DNA of 64,000 bases from an uncultured Actinomycetes bacterium (GCA_964631685.1 CAZVZU010000003.1:54406-118405), one strand, 5' to 3'; shown: positions 41,780 to 52,394, numbered from the stretch's first letter. Made by a program: numbers and translations. Notes: generated by a model not told the origin, from the sequence alone.

Positions 41780-42283
41780 TTGAAAATATCGCAGAACAGT
41801 ATATCCAAAAGAAAGTCAAAAACAACAGGGACGCCCTTAGATTACTCACTCAAGCTTATTTCTATGAAGTCTTACTCTGAAAAGGCTATAATGGAAAAGC
41901 TTATCAAGAGAAAATTTTCAACTGGTGAGATATCTCAAACCGTAAAGAAATTAAAGGAATATGGCTATATCAATGACGAATCCCTAGCTGAACGCCTCAT
42001 TGAAAGCGGTAAAAAGAGGCTTGCGGGTAGAATAAAGCTAAGTTATGACATGTACAAGAAGGGCATCAACAAACAGCTTACTGATGAACTTATCACGAAA
42101 TTTTATACTAAGGAAGAAGAAAGAGATATAGCTACTATGGCATCAGAGAAAAAAAAAGCTTCTTTGATTAAGTACAAGGATGACGGCATGGTGTTCAAAA
42201 AAAAGCTGTATAATTTTTTACAACGGAGAGGATTTTCCTCCGATATTATTGAAAATATTTTAAATATAAATTCAACTTATTAG
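41780..42283 (+). CDS. recX: Regulatory protein RecX
   Basis: GYIND, LQRRGF; lies between recA and alaS. Confidence 0.85.
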   Translation: MKISQNSISKRKSKTTGTPLDYSLKLISMKSYSEKAIMEKLIKRKFSTGEISQTVKKLKEYGYINDESLAERLIESGKKRLAGRIKLSYDMYKKGINKQLTDELITKFYTKEEERDIATMASEKKKASLIKYKDDGMVFKKKLYNFLQRRGFSSDIIENILNINSTY

Positions 42284-42306
42284 GATAATTTAAAAGAATT
42301 TTATCG

Positions 42307-44937
42307 ATGAAAAGTTTGTTATCAGGTGAATTAAGAGAGATATTCATAAACTATTTCAAGGAGAAAGGGCACACTCTTGTAGCTAGTTCATCCTTAATTC
42401 CTGCAGGGGATGGGTCCATCATGTTTACCAACGCGGGCATGGTCCAATTTAAAGAATATTTTACGGGTCAGGTTGAATCGCCGTTTTTGAGGGCTGTATC
42501 CGTTCAAAAATGTATGAGAGCGGGTGGCAAACACAATGATCTTGAAAATGTTGGTAAGACATCACGCCATCACACTTTTTTTGAGATGCTCGGAAATTTT
42601 TCATTTGGAGACTATTTCAAGAAAGAAGCCGTTATTTTTGCCTTTGAATTTTTAACGGATGTTCTCGGAATGGATGAAAATCGTATTTATGTTTCGGTGC
42701 ACAAGGATGATGACGAGGGATATTCTATATGGAAAAATATTGTAGGATTTGACGAAAATAAAATTTATAAGCTTGGTGACGATTCAAATTTTTGGCAAAT
42801 GGGAGAAACAGGTCCATGTGGTTATTCGAGCGAGATATTTTTTGATACGGGCTATTCGGAAGTAGGACATAAAGGGTGTGATATAAGTTGCGATTGCGGA
42901 AGATATTTGGAGATCTGGAATCTTGTTTTTATGGAATTTAACAAAAATAAGGATGTCGATATCGCAAAGCTACCGAAACCGTCTATAGACACAGGGATGG
43001 GACTTGAACGAGTTCTACGAGTTCTGCAAAATGTAAAATCAAATTATGATACGGATGTATTTAGCCCGTATATAAAGGAAATAGATAATATTACAGGTAG
43101 AACGTATAACGGTGGTGATGAAGATTATAATGTTGCTGTCAGGGTTATAAGTGATCACATCAGAACGTCCATCTTTTTGGCTGCCGAGTCTATTTTTCCG
43201 TCAAATGAAGGTAGGGGTTATGTCCTTAGAAGAATAATAAGAAGGCTTATAAGATATTCCCTGAAACTTGATATGGCATTAGAAAAATTAATATATCTAG
43301 GCAACACCGTCGTAATTGCGATGGGCGGATTTTATCCGGAGGTTAGGGACGGGCTTACAGTTTTCGAGAAAATAATATCTGAAGAGTATGATAAATTTAA
43401 GGATACGATAGGTTTTGGGATAAAACTTCTTGAAGAGAAAATATTAGAGGTAAAAACCGGCAAAGGGAATATTATACCCGGCGATTTTATCTTTAAACTT
43501 TACGATACCAACGGTTTTCCAGTGGATTTAGCAAAAGATATAGCATTGGAAAACAATTTATCCTTGGATCTAGAAAAGTTTGATGAACTTATGGATGTTC
43601 AGAAAAATGGTTCGAAACAAAAAAAAGAGAAATTTGATATTTTAAACATCGATTTAAATGTTCCGAAGACAAATTTTACGGGATATAATACCCTTACTGA
43701 TAAAGGCAAAATTGTAGAGTTTTTGAATGAATCTGGTAAATTGACGGATATAGTGGAAGATGGTGACGTTTGTTATGTGATATCCGATAATACACCGTTT
43801 TATCCGGACGGGGGCGGTCAAACAGGGGATGAGGGCATAATAGAATGGGAGGGGGGGAGCTTCAGGGTTTCCAATGTTTTTAAAACAAAAAGTGGCATAA
43901 TATTGCACTACGGTAGGATGTTCGGAAGATATGATATACCGATTATTGCCAGTTTTAAGGTAGATAAAAATGCTAGAAAGAAAACGGCGGCAAACCATAG
44001 CGCCACCCATCTTTTGCAGAGTGCTTTAAGGACAGTCCTTGGGGATTATGTTGTTCAGCAAGGCTCGTCTGTGGATTCCGAAAGATTAAGATTTGACTTT
44101 ACGCAGACCAAGGCTGTGTCGGACAGTGAACTGCGCAAAATAGAATCCCTTGTAAATGGATATATTTTTTCCGATTTAGAGGTAAAGTGTGTCGAGCAAG
44201 ATGTTAAATCTGCTCTTAATGCGGGAGCGCTTCATTTTTTTGACGAAAAATACAAAGAAATGGTCAGGGTTATTTCTTTGGGAGATGTTTCGCAGGAATT
44301 TTGCGGGGGAACGCATGTGTCTAGAACGGGAGAGATAGGATTTTTCAAAATAATGCGTGAGTCGTCCGTTGCATCAGGCATAAGAAGGATTGAAGCTGTT
44401 ACCGGATACAATTACTTAGATCAATTGTATATAGAAGAGGACAATTTATATAATATTGCTTCGTTACTCGGCGCGCCTAAATCCGATATATATAACAAAA
44501 TAATAAATCTTTATTACGATTATGAATATTTAAAGAAAGAAAATAACGATATAAAATTAAAACTTAATACCTTTGAATCCGAAAGACTCGTTAAGGGGTT
44601 TAAAAATATTGGGCATACCCATTATTTAATTCATAAATTTAAGGATTTGTCTCGGGACGATCTAAAGGAATTACTAAACACGTTGAGATCGGGGCAAAAT
44701 TTTCCAAAAGGTGATAATGCTGTAATGTTTATCTCTTTGATTAATGGAGACAAGTTAATTTATATTTGCTCTACGAAGGGTTCCGTCGATGCGTCTAAAA
44801 TAGTCGGCCTCCTAAATAAACGGGTTTCCGGAAAAGGTGGAGGAAGAAGGGATTTTGCCCAGGGCGGGTCTGCCGATGTTTCGAAGTTTAATAATATCGA
44901 AAAAATAGCAGAGGATTTACTCGTACACGCAATTTAG
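42307..44937 (+). CDS. alaS: Alanine-tRNA ligase
   Basis: FTNAGMVQFK, IDTGMGLER, HSATH, CGGTH, GKGGG. Confidence 0.98.
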   Translation: MKSLLSGELREIFINYFKEKGHTLVASSSLIPAGDGSIMFTNAGMVQFKEYFTGQVESPFLRAVSVQKCMRAGGKHNDLENVGKTSRHHTFFEMLGNFSFGDYFKKEAVIFAFEFLTDVLGMDENRIYVSVHKDDDEGYSIWKNIVGFDENKIYKLGDDSNFWQMGETGPCGYSSEIFFDTGYSEVGHKGCDISCDCGRYLEIWNLVFMEFNKNKDVDIAKLPKPSIDTGMGLERVLRVLQNVKSNYDTDVFSPYIKEIDNITGRTYNGGDEDYNVAVRVISDHIRTSIFLAAESIFPSNEGRGYVLRRIIRRLIRYSLKLDMALEKLIYLGNTVVIAMGGFYPEVRDGLTVFEKIISEEYDKFKDTIGFGIKLLEEKILEVKTGKGNIIPGDFIFKLYDTNGFPVDLAKDIALENNLSLDLEKFDELMDVQKNGSKQKKEKFDILNIDLNVPKTNFTGYNTLTDKGKIVEFLNESGKLTDIVEDGDVCYVISDNTPFYPDGGGQTGDEGIIEWEGGSFRVSNVFKTKSGIILHYGRMFGRYDIPIIASFKVDKNARKKTAANHSATHLLQSALRTVLGDYVVQQGSSVDSERLRFDFTQTKAVSDSELRKIESLVNGYIFSDLEVKCVEQDVKSALNAGALHFFDEKYKEMVRVISLGDVSQEFCGGTHVSRTGEIGFFKIMRESSVASGIRRIEAVTGYNYLDQLYIEEDNLYNIASLLGAPKSDIYNKIINLYYDYEYLKKENNDIKLKLNTFESERLVKGFKNIGHTHYLIHKFKDLSRDDLKELLNTLRSGQNFPKGDNAVMFISLINGDKLIYICSTKGSVDASKIVGLLNKRVSGKGGGRRDFAQGGSADVSKFNNIEKIAEDLLVHAI

Positions 44938-44963
44938 GTTTAAAAGCTTCAAATGAAAAGTAT

Positions 44964-45770
44964 ATGAAATATTTTAAATCTAAATATACGGCGTACTCTT
45001 TTATAGCATTAATATTATCCTCTTTGGCGCTGAGCGGTTGTGCGTATTATGTAAAAAAAACGGAAGGGCCTAATAAGGAACAGATAAAGCCTTATGGCAT
45101 AAAATTGAAGGACAAGAAAGAGGTAATAAGGGGGCTTGTTAAAAATTACGGGAATTTCAAGGGTATGTCCGGAAGAATAAACTTGGCGGTGTCCGGAAGA
45201 TATTTTTCTTTTAAACAGGCGGGACTTTACACATATATCAAAAACGAATATATAAAGTTTGTTATCCCAGATATGTATGGCAATATACTGCTTTATGCCA
45301 AAATTACTAAAGGCGGCGGCAGGGTTACATTTTTAAAAGCACACGGCAAGGGGTTCGAGAGTATTTATTTAAATAAAAAATATTCAGGCAGAAGGCTTAT
45401 GTATGGGCGACTTTTTAAAATTTTTAAAATTTTTTTAAATTTAAATAGTCTTGTTAAAATTAAAAAGTCTGATATTTTTTATGATACCCCCGTCGGGTTT
45501 TTTTTTGAATATCGTAAAAAATTATATAATTATTATATCTATGTAGATAGTGAGTATCTTATTAACAAGATTGCTGTAGTGCAGATAAAAAATGGGAAGA
45601 TGCTTGAATATATCGTTTTTAAAGACTATATCCTGAAAGGCGGGGTCAAAATTCCGTTAAAAATAAACATTGAAGATTATCTTTATAATGTTAAAATAAA
45701 GATCGTGGTTTCAAAAGGCAGTAATGTATTTTATGTGAACAATTTTAACGGGGATATGTATGAAAAGTAA
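44964..45770 (+). CDS. Lipoprotein, possibly LolA/LolB-like fold
   Basis: LSGC lipobox; beta-rich C-terminus (KIPLKINI); the fold is a guess. Confidence 0.5.
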   Translation: MKYFKSKYTAYSFIALILSSLALSGCAYYVKKTEGPNKEQIKPYGIKLKDKKEVIRGLVKNYGNFKGMSGRINLAVSGRYFSFKQAGLYTYIKNEYIKFVIPDMYGNILLYAKITKGGGRVTFLKAHGKGFESIYLNKKYSGRRLMYGRLFKIFKIFLNLNSLVKIKKSDIFYDTPVGFFFEYRKKLYNYYIYVDSEYLINKIAVVQIKNGKMLEYIVFKDYILKGGVKIPLKINIEDYLYNVKIKIVVSKGSNVFYVNNFNGDMYEK

Positions 45771-46491
45771 GATTTACGGATTATCGATTATGTCAATTAT
45801 GATAGCGTCTATTTTTTTAACCGGGTGTGGCAGGAATATCAAAAAAACTGCACCATCTCCCGATACTTACTACAAAAAAGCGATTTATGATTCTCAAAAA
45901 CATAATTATTCCGGTGCGACTAAAAATTTAAAAGCACTTATAGAAAATTATCCTTCTTATGTTCATGTCGAGGATGCGGAATTAAAGCTTGGCGATGCCT
46001 ATTATCTAGAAAAAAAGTTCATAGAGGCGCAGGGGGCGTATACGGATTTTGTTTATCTGCATCCCGGCTCTAAGTATGTTCCTTTTGCTATGTATTATGA
46101 AGCCATGTCGTACTATAACAGGAAAGAACAGATAGGAAGGACGCAGTCTCCTTTGATAAACGCTAAGGTTGCATTTGAAAAATTAATATCGATGTATCCT
46201 TATTCTAAGTATTCCAAGAAGGCATTTAAGTATATTAAGATAATAAATGTACGATTATCGGAGAATTCTTTTTTTACCGGATTGTATTATTTTAACGCGA
46301 GTTTATGGAAGCCTGCTGCCTATATCTTCAAGACTATGCTTAAACAGTATGCCGGTTTACCGATTATTCCGAAGACGCTATATTATTTAACGATATGTTA
46401 CGGGAATTTAAACAATAAAAAAATGGAAAATAATTATAAAAATATCTTACGTGAAAAATATCCACAAAGTAAATATACAAAAGTGTCATAA
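45760..46491 (+). CDS. bamD: Outer membrane protein assembly factor BamD
   Basis: LTGC lipobox, TPR pattern with YP.S and HP.S turns. Confidence 0.88.
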   Translation: MKSKIYGLSIMSIMIASIFLTGCGRNIKKTAPSPDTYYKKAIYDSQKHNYSGATKNLKALIENYPSYVHVEDAELKLGDAYYLEKKFIEAQGAYTDFVYLHPGSKYVPFAMYYEAMSYYNRKEQIGRTQSPLINAKVAFEKLISMYPYSKYSKKAFKYIKIINVRLSENSFFTGLYYFNASLWKPAAYIFKTMLKQYAGLPIIPKTLYYLTICYGNLNNKKMENNYKNILREKYPQSKYTKVS

Positions 46492-46505
46492 TCTGCTAAA
46501 TTTTC

Positions 46506-46534
46506 TTGACACTAAGCGCGAATTGTGCAATAAT
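46506..46534 (+). promoter_or_regulatory. Sigma70 promoter of infC-rpmI-rplT
   Basis: TTGACA-17 bp-AATAAT with extended -10 TG. Confidence 0.6.
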
Positions 46535-46584
46535 CTTGGGACCATATTAATAAACTAATCTATAGCTCAAAAGGAGAAATTCGC

Positions 46585-47115
46585 ATACAAAAGAATATTA
46601 GGACAAATGTTAATGAGGGCATTAAAGCAAAAGAAGTCAGGGTCATAGGCGAGGATGGCAAACAGGCAGGCATACTTCCTCTATTTGCTGCCATAAAGCT
46701 TGCAAAGGATAAATCTTTGGATTTAGTAGAGATGTCCAAAGATGCGAAGCCTCCTGTGTGCAGGATAATGGACTACGGAAAGTATAGGTACGAGCGAAGC
46801 AAAAGGCTTCAGGAGGCCAAGAAAAAGCAGGTCGTTGTCCATTTAAAAGAGGTTAAGTTTCGTCCAAATACCGATGAGCATGACTATAAGTTTAAGCTAA
46901 GGAATATAATTACCTTCCTAAAAGAGGGCAACAAGGTAAAGTTAACCGTTACGTTTAGAGGTAGAGAGCTTGTCCATACTAATCTCGGCATAAAGGTAAT
47001 TTTAAGGGCAATCGAAGACATTAAGGAATTCGGTGTCCCGGAATTTCCTATTAAGCCGGATGTCAGAAGGACGTTTAATACAGTAATAGCTCCAATTAAA
47101 GCAAAAAAGGCGTAA
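46585..47115 (+). CDS. infC: Translation initiation factor IF-3, non-ATG start
   Basis: Open frame upstream of the track start encodes VNEGIKAKEVRVIGEDG; in-frame ATA at 46585 lies 8 nt after AGGAG; PPVCRIMDYGK. Confidence 0.93.
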   Translation: MQKNIRTNVNEGIKAKEVRVIGEDGKQAGILPLFAAIKLAKDKSLDLVEMSKDAKPPVCRIMDYGKYRYERSKRLQEAKKKQVVVHLKEVKFRPNTDEHDYKFKLRNIITFLKEGNKVKLTVTFRGRELVHTNLGIKVILRAIEDIKEFGVPEFPIKPDVRRTFNTVIAPIKAKKA

Positions 47116-47134
47116 CCTAAGCAGGGATTGAAAA

Positions 47135-47338
47135 ATGACAAAGATAAAGATTAAGACTAAGAGGGGAGCAAAGAAGAGGTTTAAGATTACGGCTACTGGA
47201 AAATTGGTTCACTATAGGGCCAACAAAAGTCATATACTGACTTCAAAGAACAGAAAAAGAAAGAATAGGCTTAAGAAGAGCGTCGTCGTCAGTTCGTCCG
47301 ACTCCATGAATATTAAAAAGCTTATTCCTTATCTATAA
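47135..47338 (+). CDS. rpmI: 50S ribosomal protein L35
   Basis: [10 protein letters not shown]; synteny. Confidence 0.96.
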   Translation: MTKIKIKTKRGAKKRFKITATGKLVHYRANKSHILTSKNRKRKNRLKKSVVVSSSDSMNIKKLIPYL

Positions 47339-47356
47339 ATAAAAAGGAGTTTAATA

Positions 47357-47710
47357 ATGTCAAGGGTAAAAAGGGGTACTATAACAAAAAAAAGACACAA
47401 GAGGGTTTTAGGTCTTGCAAAGGGATATTATGGCGCAAGAAGCCGTCTTTTTAAGACGGCGCAAGAAGCCGTCCTTAAGGGTCTTCATTATGCTTATAGG
47501 GATAGAAAGGTTAAAAAAAGGCAGTTTCGTGGTATGTGGATAGTTAGGATTAATGCTGCCTGCAGAGCGAACAGTGTATCTTATTCCAAATTTATTAATG
47601 CGCTTAACAAGAAGGAAGGGATCAATCTAAATAGGAAGATTTTAGCGGAAATTGCGCTAAGTGATCCGGCTGCATTCTCAAATATAGTTAAAGAAGTGAT
47701 GTCCGTTTAA
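47357..47710 (+). CDS. rplT: 50S ribosomal protein L20
   Basis: [20 protein letters not shown]. Confidence 0.97.
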   Translation: MSRVKRGTITKKRHKRVLGLAKGYYGARSRLFKTAQEAVLKGLHYAYRDRKVKKRQFRGMWIVRINAACRANSVSYSKFINALNKKEGINLNRKILAEIALSDPAAFSNIVKEVMSV

Positions 47711-47733
47711 ATAATTTAGGAGTGTAACTACAA

Positions 47734-48039
47734 ATGTCTTTAACTAAATCCGATCTGGCAAATAAGGTCCGCAGCAAGGTAGGTTTGACATCTGCCGAGT
47801 CTTTGACTTGTGTAAACTCATTTTTTAATGTTGTAAAATCAGAGGTGGAAGCTGAGGGATCAATCAAGCTTACCGGTTTTGGCAGTTTTATCATTAAAGA
47901 AAAAAAGAAGAGAAGGGGCCGTAATCCTCAAACAGGCGAGTCTCTTTATATAAGTGAAAGAAGAGTACTAAAGTTTAGACCGTCGGTTGCCCTAAAATCG
48001 AAGATAAGCGATAAATATAAAAATGACTCCGGAAGATGA
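47734..48039 (+). CDS. ihfA: Integration host factor alpha
   Basis: GFGSF, GRNPQTGE; followed by MerR-like gene. Confidence 0.88.
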   Translation: MSLTKSDLANKVRSKVGLTSAESLTCVNSFFNVVKSEVEAEGSIKLTGFGSFIIKEKKKRRGRNPQTGESLYISERRVLKFRPSVALKSKISDKYKNDSGR

Positions 48040-48382
48040 TAAGCTTTATCATAAAATTGGGGAAGTTGCGAAAATAGTAGGCATAGAATCTTATGTTATA
48101 AGATACTGGGAGACCGAATTTGCTTTTTTAAAGCCGTATAAATCTAAAAGTTCCCATAGGCTTTATTCTAAATCGGATATTGAAAAGCTTTTACTTGTAA
48201 AGGATTACCTATATAATAAAAAATTTACGATAGAAGGGGCAAAAAAAGCAATAAAGGCAAAATCATCTCAAAGTAACAGCAATGCCTTGCTTATAAGAAG
48301 TATCTATAGCGAGCTCAGTTCCATTAGAGCCCTTTTGTCGGCAAGAAAAAATAATAATGAACATTCTTCTTTCAAACGATGA
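48023..48382 (+). CDS. MerR-family HTH protein (ihfA-linked)
   Basis: IGEVA...IRYWETEF, FTIEGA. Confidence 0.88.
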   Translation: MTPEDDKLYHKIGEVAKIVGIESYVIRYWETEFAFLKPYKSKSSHRLYSKSDIEKLLLVKDYLYNKKFTIEGAKKAIKAKSSQSNSNALLIRSIYSELSSIRALLSARKNNNEHSSFKR

Positions 48383-49163
48383 TGGGGTTTATGCAACAGG
48401 CATAAATATATTATATAAAGAACTTAAAAAGTTTGCAGATGTAGTGATAGTTGCCCCCGACAGGGAAAGAAGCGCAAGTTCTCACTCCTTAACCATTGAC
48501 AGACCGTTAAGAGTCAACGAGGTTAAGCCGAATATATTTTCCATAGATGGTACGCCCACAGATGCAGTCAATATCGCTGTTCGAGCTATATTAAAGTCTA
48601 AACCCGATCTAATCATATCAGGCATAAATTACGGCGGTAATATTTGTGATGACATTATTTATTCCGGAACCGTATCCGCGGCAATGGAGGGGGCGATCAT
48701 GGGCATAGATTCAATAGCTGTTTCATTGGTCGTAAACAAGGGCGGAGGGTATCTGCCGAATAATCCTTCCCTTGAGGACAACTTAGAGTTGTCGTTTCAA
48801 AAAACGGCGGAATTTATCTCCGGTCTTGCGGCTACCGTGCATGAGAATCCTCTTCCTAAATATACATTATTAAATGTCAATGTACCTCAAACAATAATAA
48901 ATAAACAAAACAGCTTTGAATATCTTGTTACTAAGCAGGGTAAGCGTTATTTTGAGGACTTTGTTGTCGAAAAAATAGATCCCCGCGGGAGAAAATATTA
49001 CTGGATATGGGGAAAAAATATAAGGTTCGAGGATATTCCTGGAAGCGATTATGAGGCTGTCTATGGCGGATTTATTTCTATAACGCCGGTACACCTCGAT
49101 ATGACAAACCATAAGGCAGTAGAAAGATTTAAAAATATGGATTTTCTCCATGGTAAATTTTAA
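48357..49163 (+). CDS. surE: 5'/3'-nucleotidase SurE
   Basis: NDDG, GTPTD, YSGTV, DPRG. Confidence 0.95.
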   Translation: MNILLSNDDGVYATGINILYKELKKFADVVIVAPDRERSASSHSLTIDRPLRVNEVKPNIFSIDGTPTDAVNIAVRAILKSKPDLIISGINYGGNICDDIIYSGTVSAAMEGAIMGIDSIAVSLVVNKGGGYLPNNPSLEDNLELSFQKTAEFISGLAATVHENPLPKYTLLNVNVPQTIINKQNSFEYLVTKQGKRYFEDFVVEKIDPRGRKYYWIWGKNIRFEDIPGSDYEAVYGGFISITPVHLDMTNHKAVERFKNMDFLHGKF

Positions 49164-49794
49164 AAAATCCGTAGGCAAGGTCACCAAACAGTCTCTTATT
49201 TCAAAAGGAATTGCCGATAAAAATATACTGAATGCTCTAATGGCTGTTCCAAGAGAGAAATTTGTCGAGGAATCCCTCAAAGAGTTAAGTTATTCCGGCG
49301 CGCCACTTCCTATAGGTTATAATCAGACGATATCAAGTATTTATACCGTAGCATTAATGACGCAGTCTCTTCGCTTGAACGAAAATCATAGAATCCTTGA
49401 GATTGGTACGGGTTCGGGTTATCAAGCGGCAGTTTTGTCAATGCTTTGCATGAGTGTTTTTACGGTTGAACGCATAAGAGAACTGTCTTTAAGGGCACGG
49501 GATACAATAGGGAAGCTTCATATACATAATATAACATTTGCCATAGGGGATGGTACGATAGGATTTAAAGAATATGCACCTTACGACAGAATACTTGTAA
49601 CTGCATGCTCTCCCGAAGTCCCTGAATCTCTTATCTCTCAGCTTGGTGATGGTGGAATAATGGTTATACCGCTCGGAAGAGGCGATTCGCAAAATATCTT
49701 TGTGATAGAAAAGAAAAATGGTAAGGTGTGTTCTAATAACATTGCACCTGCAAATTTTGTCAGGCTTATAGGCAAGGATGGGTTTAAATCTTGA
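49150..49794 (+). CDS. pcm: Protein-L-isoaspartate O-methyltransferase
   Basis: VPREKF, LEIGTGSGYQ, APYDRI. Confidence 0.93.
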   Translation: MVNFKKSVGKVTKQSLISKGIADKNILNALMAVPREKFVEESLKELSYSGAPLPIGYNQTISSIYTVALMTQSLRLNENHRILEIGTGSGYQAAVLSMLCMSVFTVERIRELSLRARDTIGKLHIHNITFAIGDGTIGFKEYAPYDRILVTACSPEVPESLISQLGDGGIMVIPLGRGDSQNIFVIEKKNGKVCSNNIAPANFVRLIGKDGFKS

Positions 49795-50705
49795 GAAAAA
49801 AAAATAGTGAAAATGCAAAAAAGTCTTCATCCGTAAAAGAAAAAAAGAAAGCGGTCTCATCGTCCGGCAACAATATTATGTCGCGACAGTATTTAGGGTA
49901 CCTTAAAAAATACCCTCTCTTGACAAAAGAGGAGGAATATAAGCTTGCACTGCAGGTTCAAGATGGGGATCTGGAGGCCAGAGACTTAATGATTAAATCC
50001 AATCTTGGGCTAGTCATTAATGTAGCGAAAAGATTTCTCGGACGGGGGCTTGCATTTGATGATTTAATCATGGAGGGCAACATCGGACTTATGAAGGCCG
50101 TCGATAAGTTTATCGCCAAAAAGGGTTTTAGGTTTTCAACATATGCTACTTGGTGGATAAGGCAGTCGGTTGAAAGAGGAATATTAAATTCAGGCAGACT
50201 GATAAGGCTTCCCATACATGTTTCAGAGAATCTTTTTAAATATTCAAGGGCTACGAAAGAAATGATCAGTGTATTAGAAAGGGAACCAAGTATAGGCGAG
50301 GTTGCTGAACGTATAGGGATGAAAGAAAAAAAATTAGAAAAGATCCTTGGTTTTATAGGTAATATTTACTCTCTTGATTTTTCTTTTGCGCAGAACCAAA
50401 ATCAGGATGGAGAACAAAACATATCCCTTGCGAATATTATAAAAGCAGATGATGAAGGCACATCTTCATTTGACATATTAGATAAAATAGAGACGCTGAA
50501 ATTTTTAAATAGTTGGCTTTTAATGCTTAGCGATACCGAAAGAAAGATTATAGTATTAAGATACGGTCTTAACCACGAAAAGCCGAGAACTCTTAATGAG
50601 ATAGGATTGATTTTTAATCTTACCAAGGAACGTATAAGGCAAATTGAGGTCAAGGCATTAAAGAAACTTAAGAATATGGCTAAAGATGCGGGAATGAACG
50701 GTTAA
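49791..50705 (+). CDS. rpoS: RpoS-like group 2 sigma70 factor
   Basis: FSTYATWWIRQSVER (RpoS-type ER), ERIRQIE; no region 1.1; surE-pcm synteny. Confidence 0.8.
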   Translation: MRKKNSENAKKSSSVKEKKKAVSSSGNNIMSRQYLGYLKKYPLLTKEEEYKLALQVQDGDLEARDLMIKSNLGLVINVAKRFLGRGLAFDDLIMEGNIGLMKAVDKFIAKKGFRFSTYATWWIRQSVERGILNSGRLIRLPIHVSENLFKYSRATKEMISVLEREPSIGEVAERIGMKEKKLEKILGFIGNIYSLDFSFAQNQNQDGEQNISLANIIKADDEGTSSFDILDKIETLKFLNSWLLMLSDTERKIIVLRYGLNHEKPRTLNEIGLIFNLTKERIRQIEVKALKKLKNMAKDAGMNG

Positions 50706-52393
50706 TGTCTGAGTCTTGTTTGGAAGAAATTAAGGTAGCTATATCTAAATACGAGAGGGTACGCCCCAGTGTAATTCGTATTATTGAGACACATATATCC
50801 AGAATTTTTATAACACCTAAATTTGTCTATAAGCAGAAAAAGCCTGTTAATTTCGGATTCATTGATTATATATCATTAGAAAAAAGAATATTTTTTGCCA
50901 GAAAGGAACTTTCTTTAAACAGGAGAGCTTGTTCTGGTATATATTTGAATCTACAAGAATTAAGGCAAAAGGGAGAAACCCTTTTTATAGGGTTTAAGGG
51001 CGGCACATTAAAGGATGTCTTTGTTAGAATGAGATATGTAGCAGATGAACAATTTTTAAGTACCATATTAAATACATTACGGCTTGGCGATAATGAAGCT
51101 GCATTTGATAAACTGAAGATTTTAAAACGGGTTGCCGGAAGAATTTATCTATTCCATAAGAGCGCAAAATCTTCGAAAAGAATAAGCAGTTTCGGTAAAA
51201 TAGATGTATATAAGGAGAATTGGACCGATAACTTTTTATCGGTCAAGAAACTTCTTGATAATTTTAAGGGCCATATAGGGAAGCTACTTGATACAGATAG
51301 CTTATTAAATCATGTAAGAAATTTTTATGAGGCATTTCTACGGTCTAATTTATTTAACGAGTTTATAGGCAATAGGATTAAACAGGGCTTTATTAGAGAT
51401 TTGCATGGCGATCTAAGAATGGAGCATATAGCTATTACCGGCAAAGGGGGTATAAATAAAATATGCCTAATGGATTGCGTGGAGTTTAATGAACTGTTCA
51501 GAAATCAGGATTTGTATTTAGATATTTCTTTTTTACTTATGGATTTTGAGTTTAATGGTTTTTTCTACGAATCTGTCAAATTCTTTAATTATTACAAGGC
51601 TTGTTTTAATTACGAAAAGATGATAAAAGAATTTGAACAATATGAGCCATTTGTAATCCCTTTTTTTAAGGCATATAGGGCTATCGTAAGGGCTAAGATC
51701 AATCTTCTTTCCGGCAGGTTTGAAAACGGATTGAAGCATTTGAATTCAGCGCTTTTTTACAGCCTTTCCATAAAAAAACCGATCGTTATCCTCAACATAG
51801 GTTTATCTGGTAGCGGAAAGAGTAGTATGAGCAATTTGTTGGCAAATTATTTTTATTCTGAAAGCATACAATCAGACAGATTCCGGCAGAATATTTTTGG
51901 TTTTACGGATAAACTGTTTAAATACAGTAGGCGCGCGAGTGAAACTATTTATAATGGTATGCTAAGAGAGGGCGCCAAACAGTTTGACGAAGGCAGGGGT
52001 GTAATATTCGATGCAACTTTTTTAAGAAAGTGGCATCGAAGGAAGTTTATCGACTATTTCTGTAAACAGGACTGTAACTTTATAGTCATATACTCTAAAA
52101 TACATAAAGATGCAGAGGATATTATATTAACAAGGCTCAGAAAGAGAAAAGCAAAAGATGTTCAGGCAAGTGAGGGCAATGACTATTCGGAAGCCGATAT
52201 AACGGTCTATATGAACCAAAAAAAAGTATTTGAAGAGCCGGAACCGCAGGATATATCAGTGTTTCAAGACAGCATCGAAGCATTTAATATTAGTTTGATA
52301 ACCGTCGATGCGTCCTTGGAATTAAGTGAGCGATTCAATTACGTGATAGAGAATATAAAAAATATTATAACAAAGGGAGTAAGGGTTTTATAA
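50705..52393 (+). CDS. Bifunctional phosphotransferase-like/P-loop kinase protein
   Basis: ETHIS, HGDL, DCVEFN; C-terminal GLSGSGKS, DATF, SEAD. Confidence 0.85.
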   Translation: MSESCLEEIKVAISKYERVRPSVIRIIETHISRIFITPKFVYKQKKPVNFGFIDYISLEKRIFFARKELSLNRRACSGIYLNLQELRQKGETLFIGFKGGTLKDVFVRMRYVADEQFLSTILNTLRLGDNEAAFDKLKILKRVAGRIYLFHKSAKSSKRISSFGKIDVYKENWTDNFLSVKKLLDNFKGHIGKLLDTDSLLNHVRNFYEAFLRSNLFNEFIGNRIKQGFIRDLHGDLRMEHIAITGKGGINKICLMDCVEFNELFRNQDLYLDISFLLMDFEFNGFFYESVKFFNYYKACFNYEKMIKEFEQYEPFVIPFFKAYRAIVRAKINLLSGRFENGLKHLNSALFYSLSIKKPIVILNIGLSGSGKSSMSNLLANYFYSESIQSDRFRQNIFGFTDKLFKYSRRASETIYNGMLREGAKQFDEGRGVIFDATFLRKWHRRKFIDYFCKQDCNFIVIYSKIHKDAEDIILTRLRKRKAKDVQASEGNDYSEADITVYMNQKKVFEEPEPQDISVFQDSIEAFNISLITVDASLELSERFNYVIENIKNIITKGVRVL

Positions 52394-52394
52394 A

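Noticed and set aside
48382..48460. tRNA-Pro expected after ihfA-merR
   Set aside because: merR overlaps surE and no cloverleaf is visible
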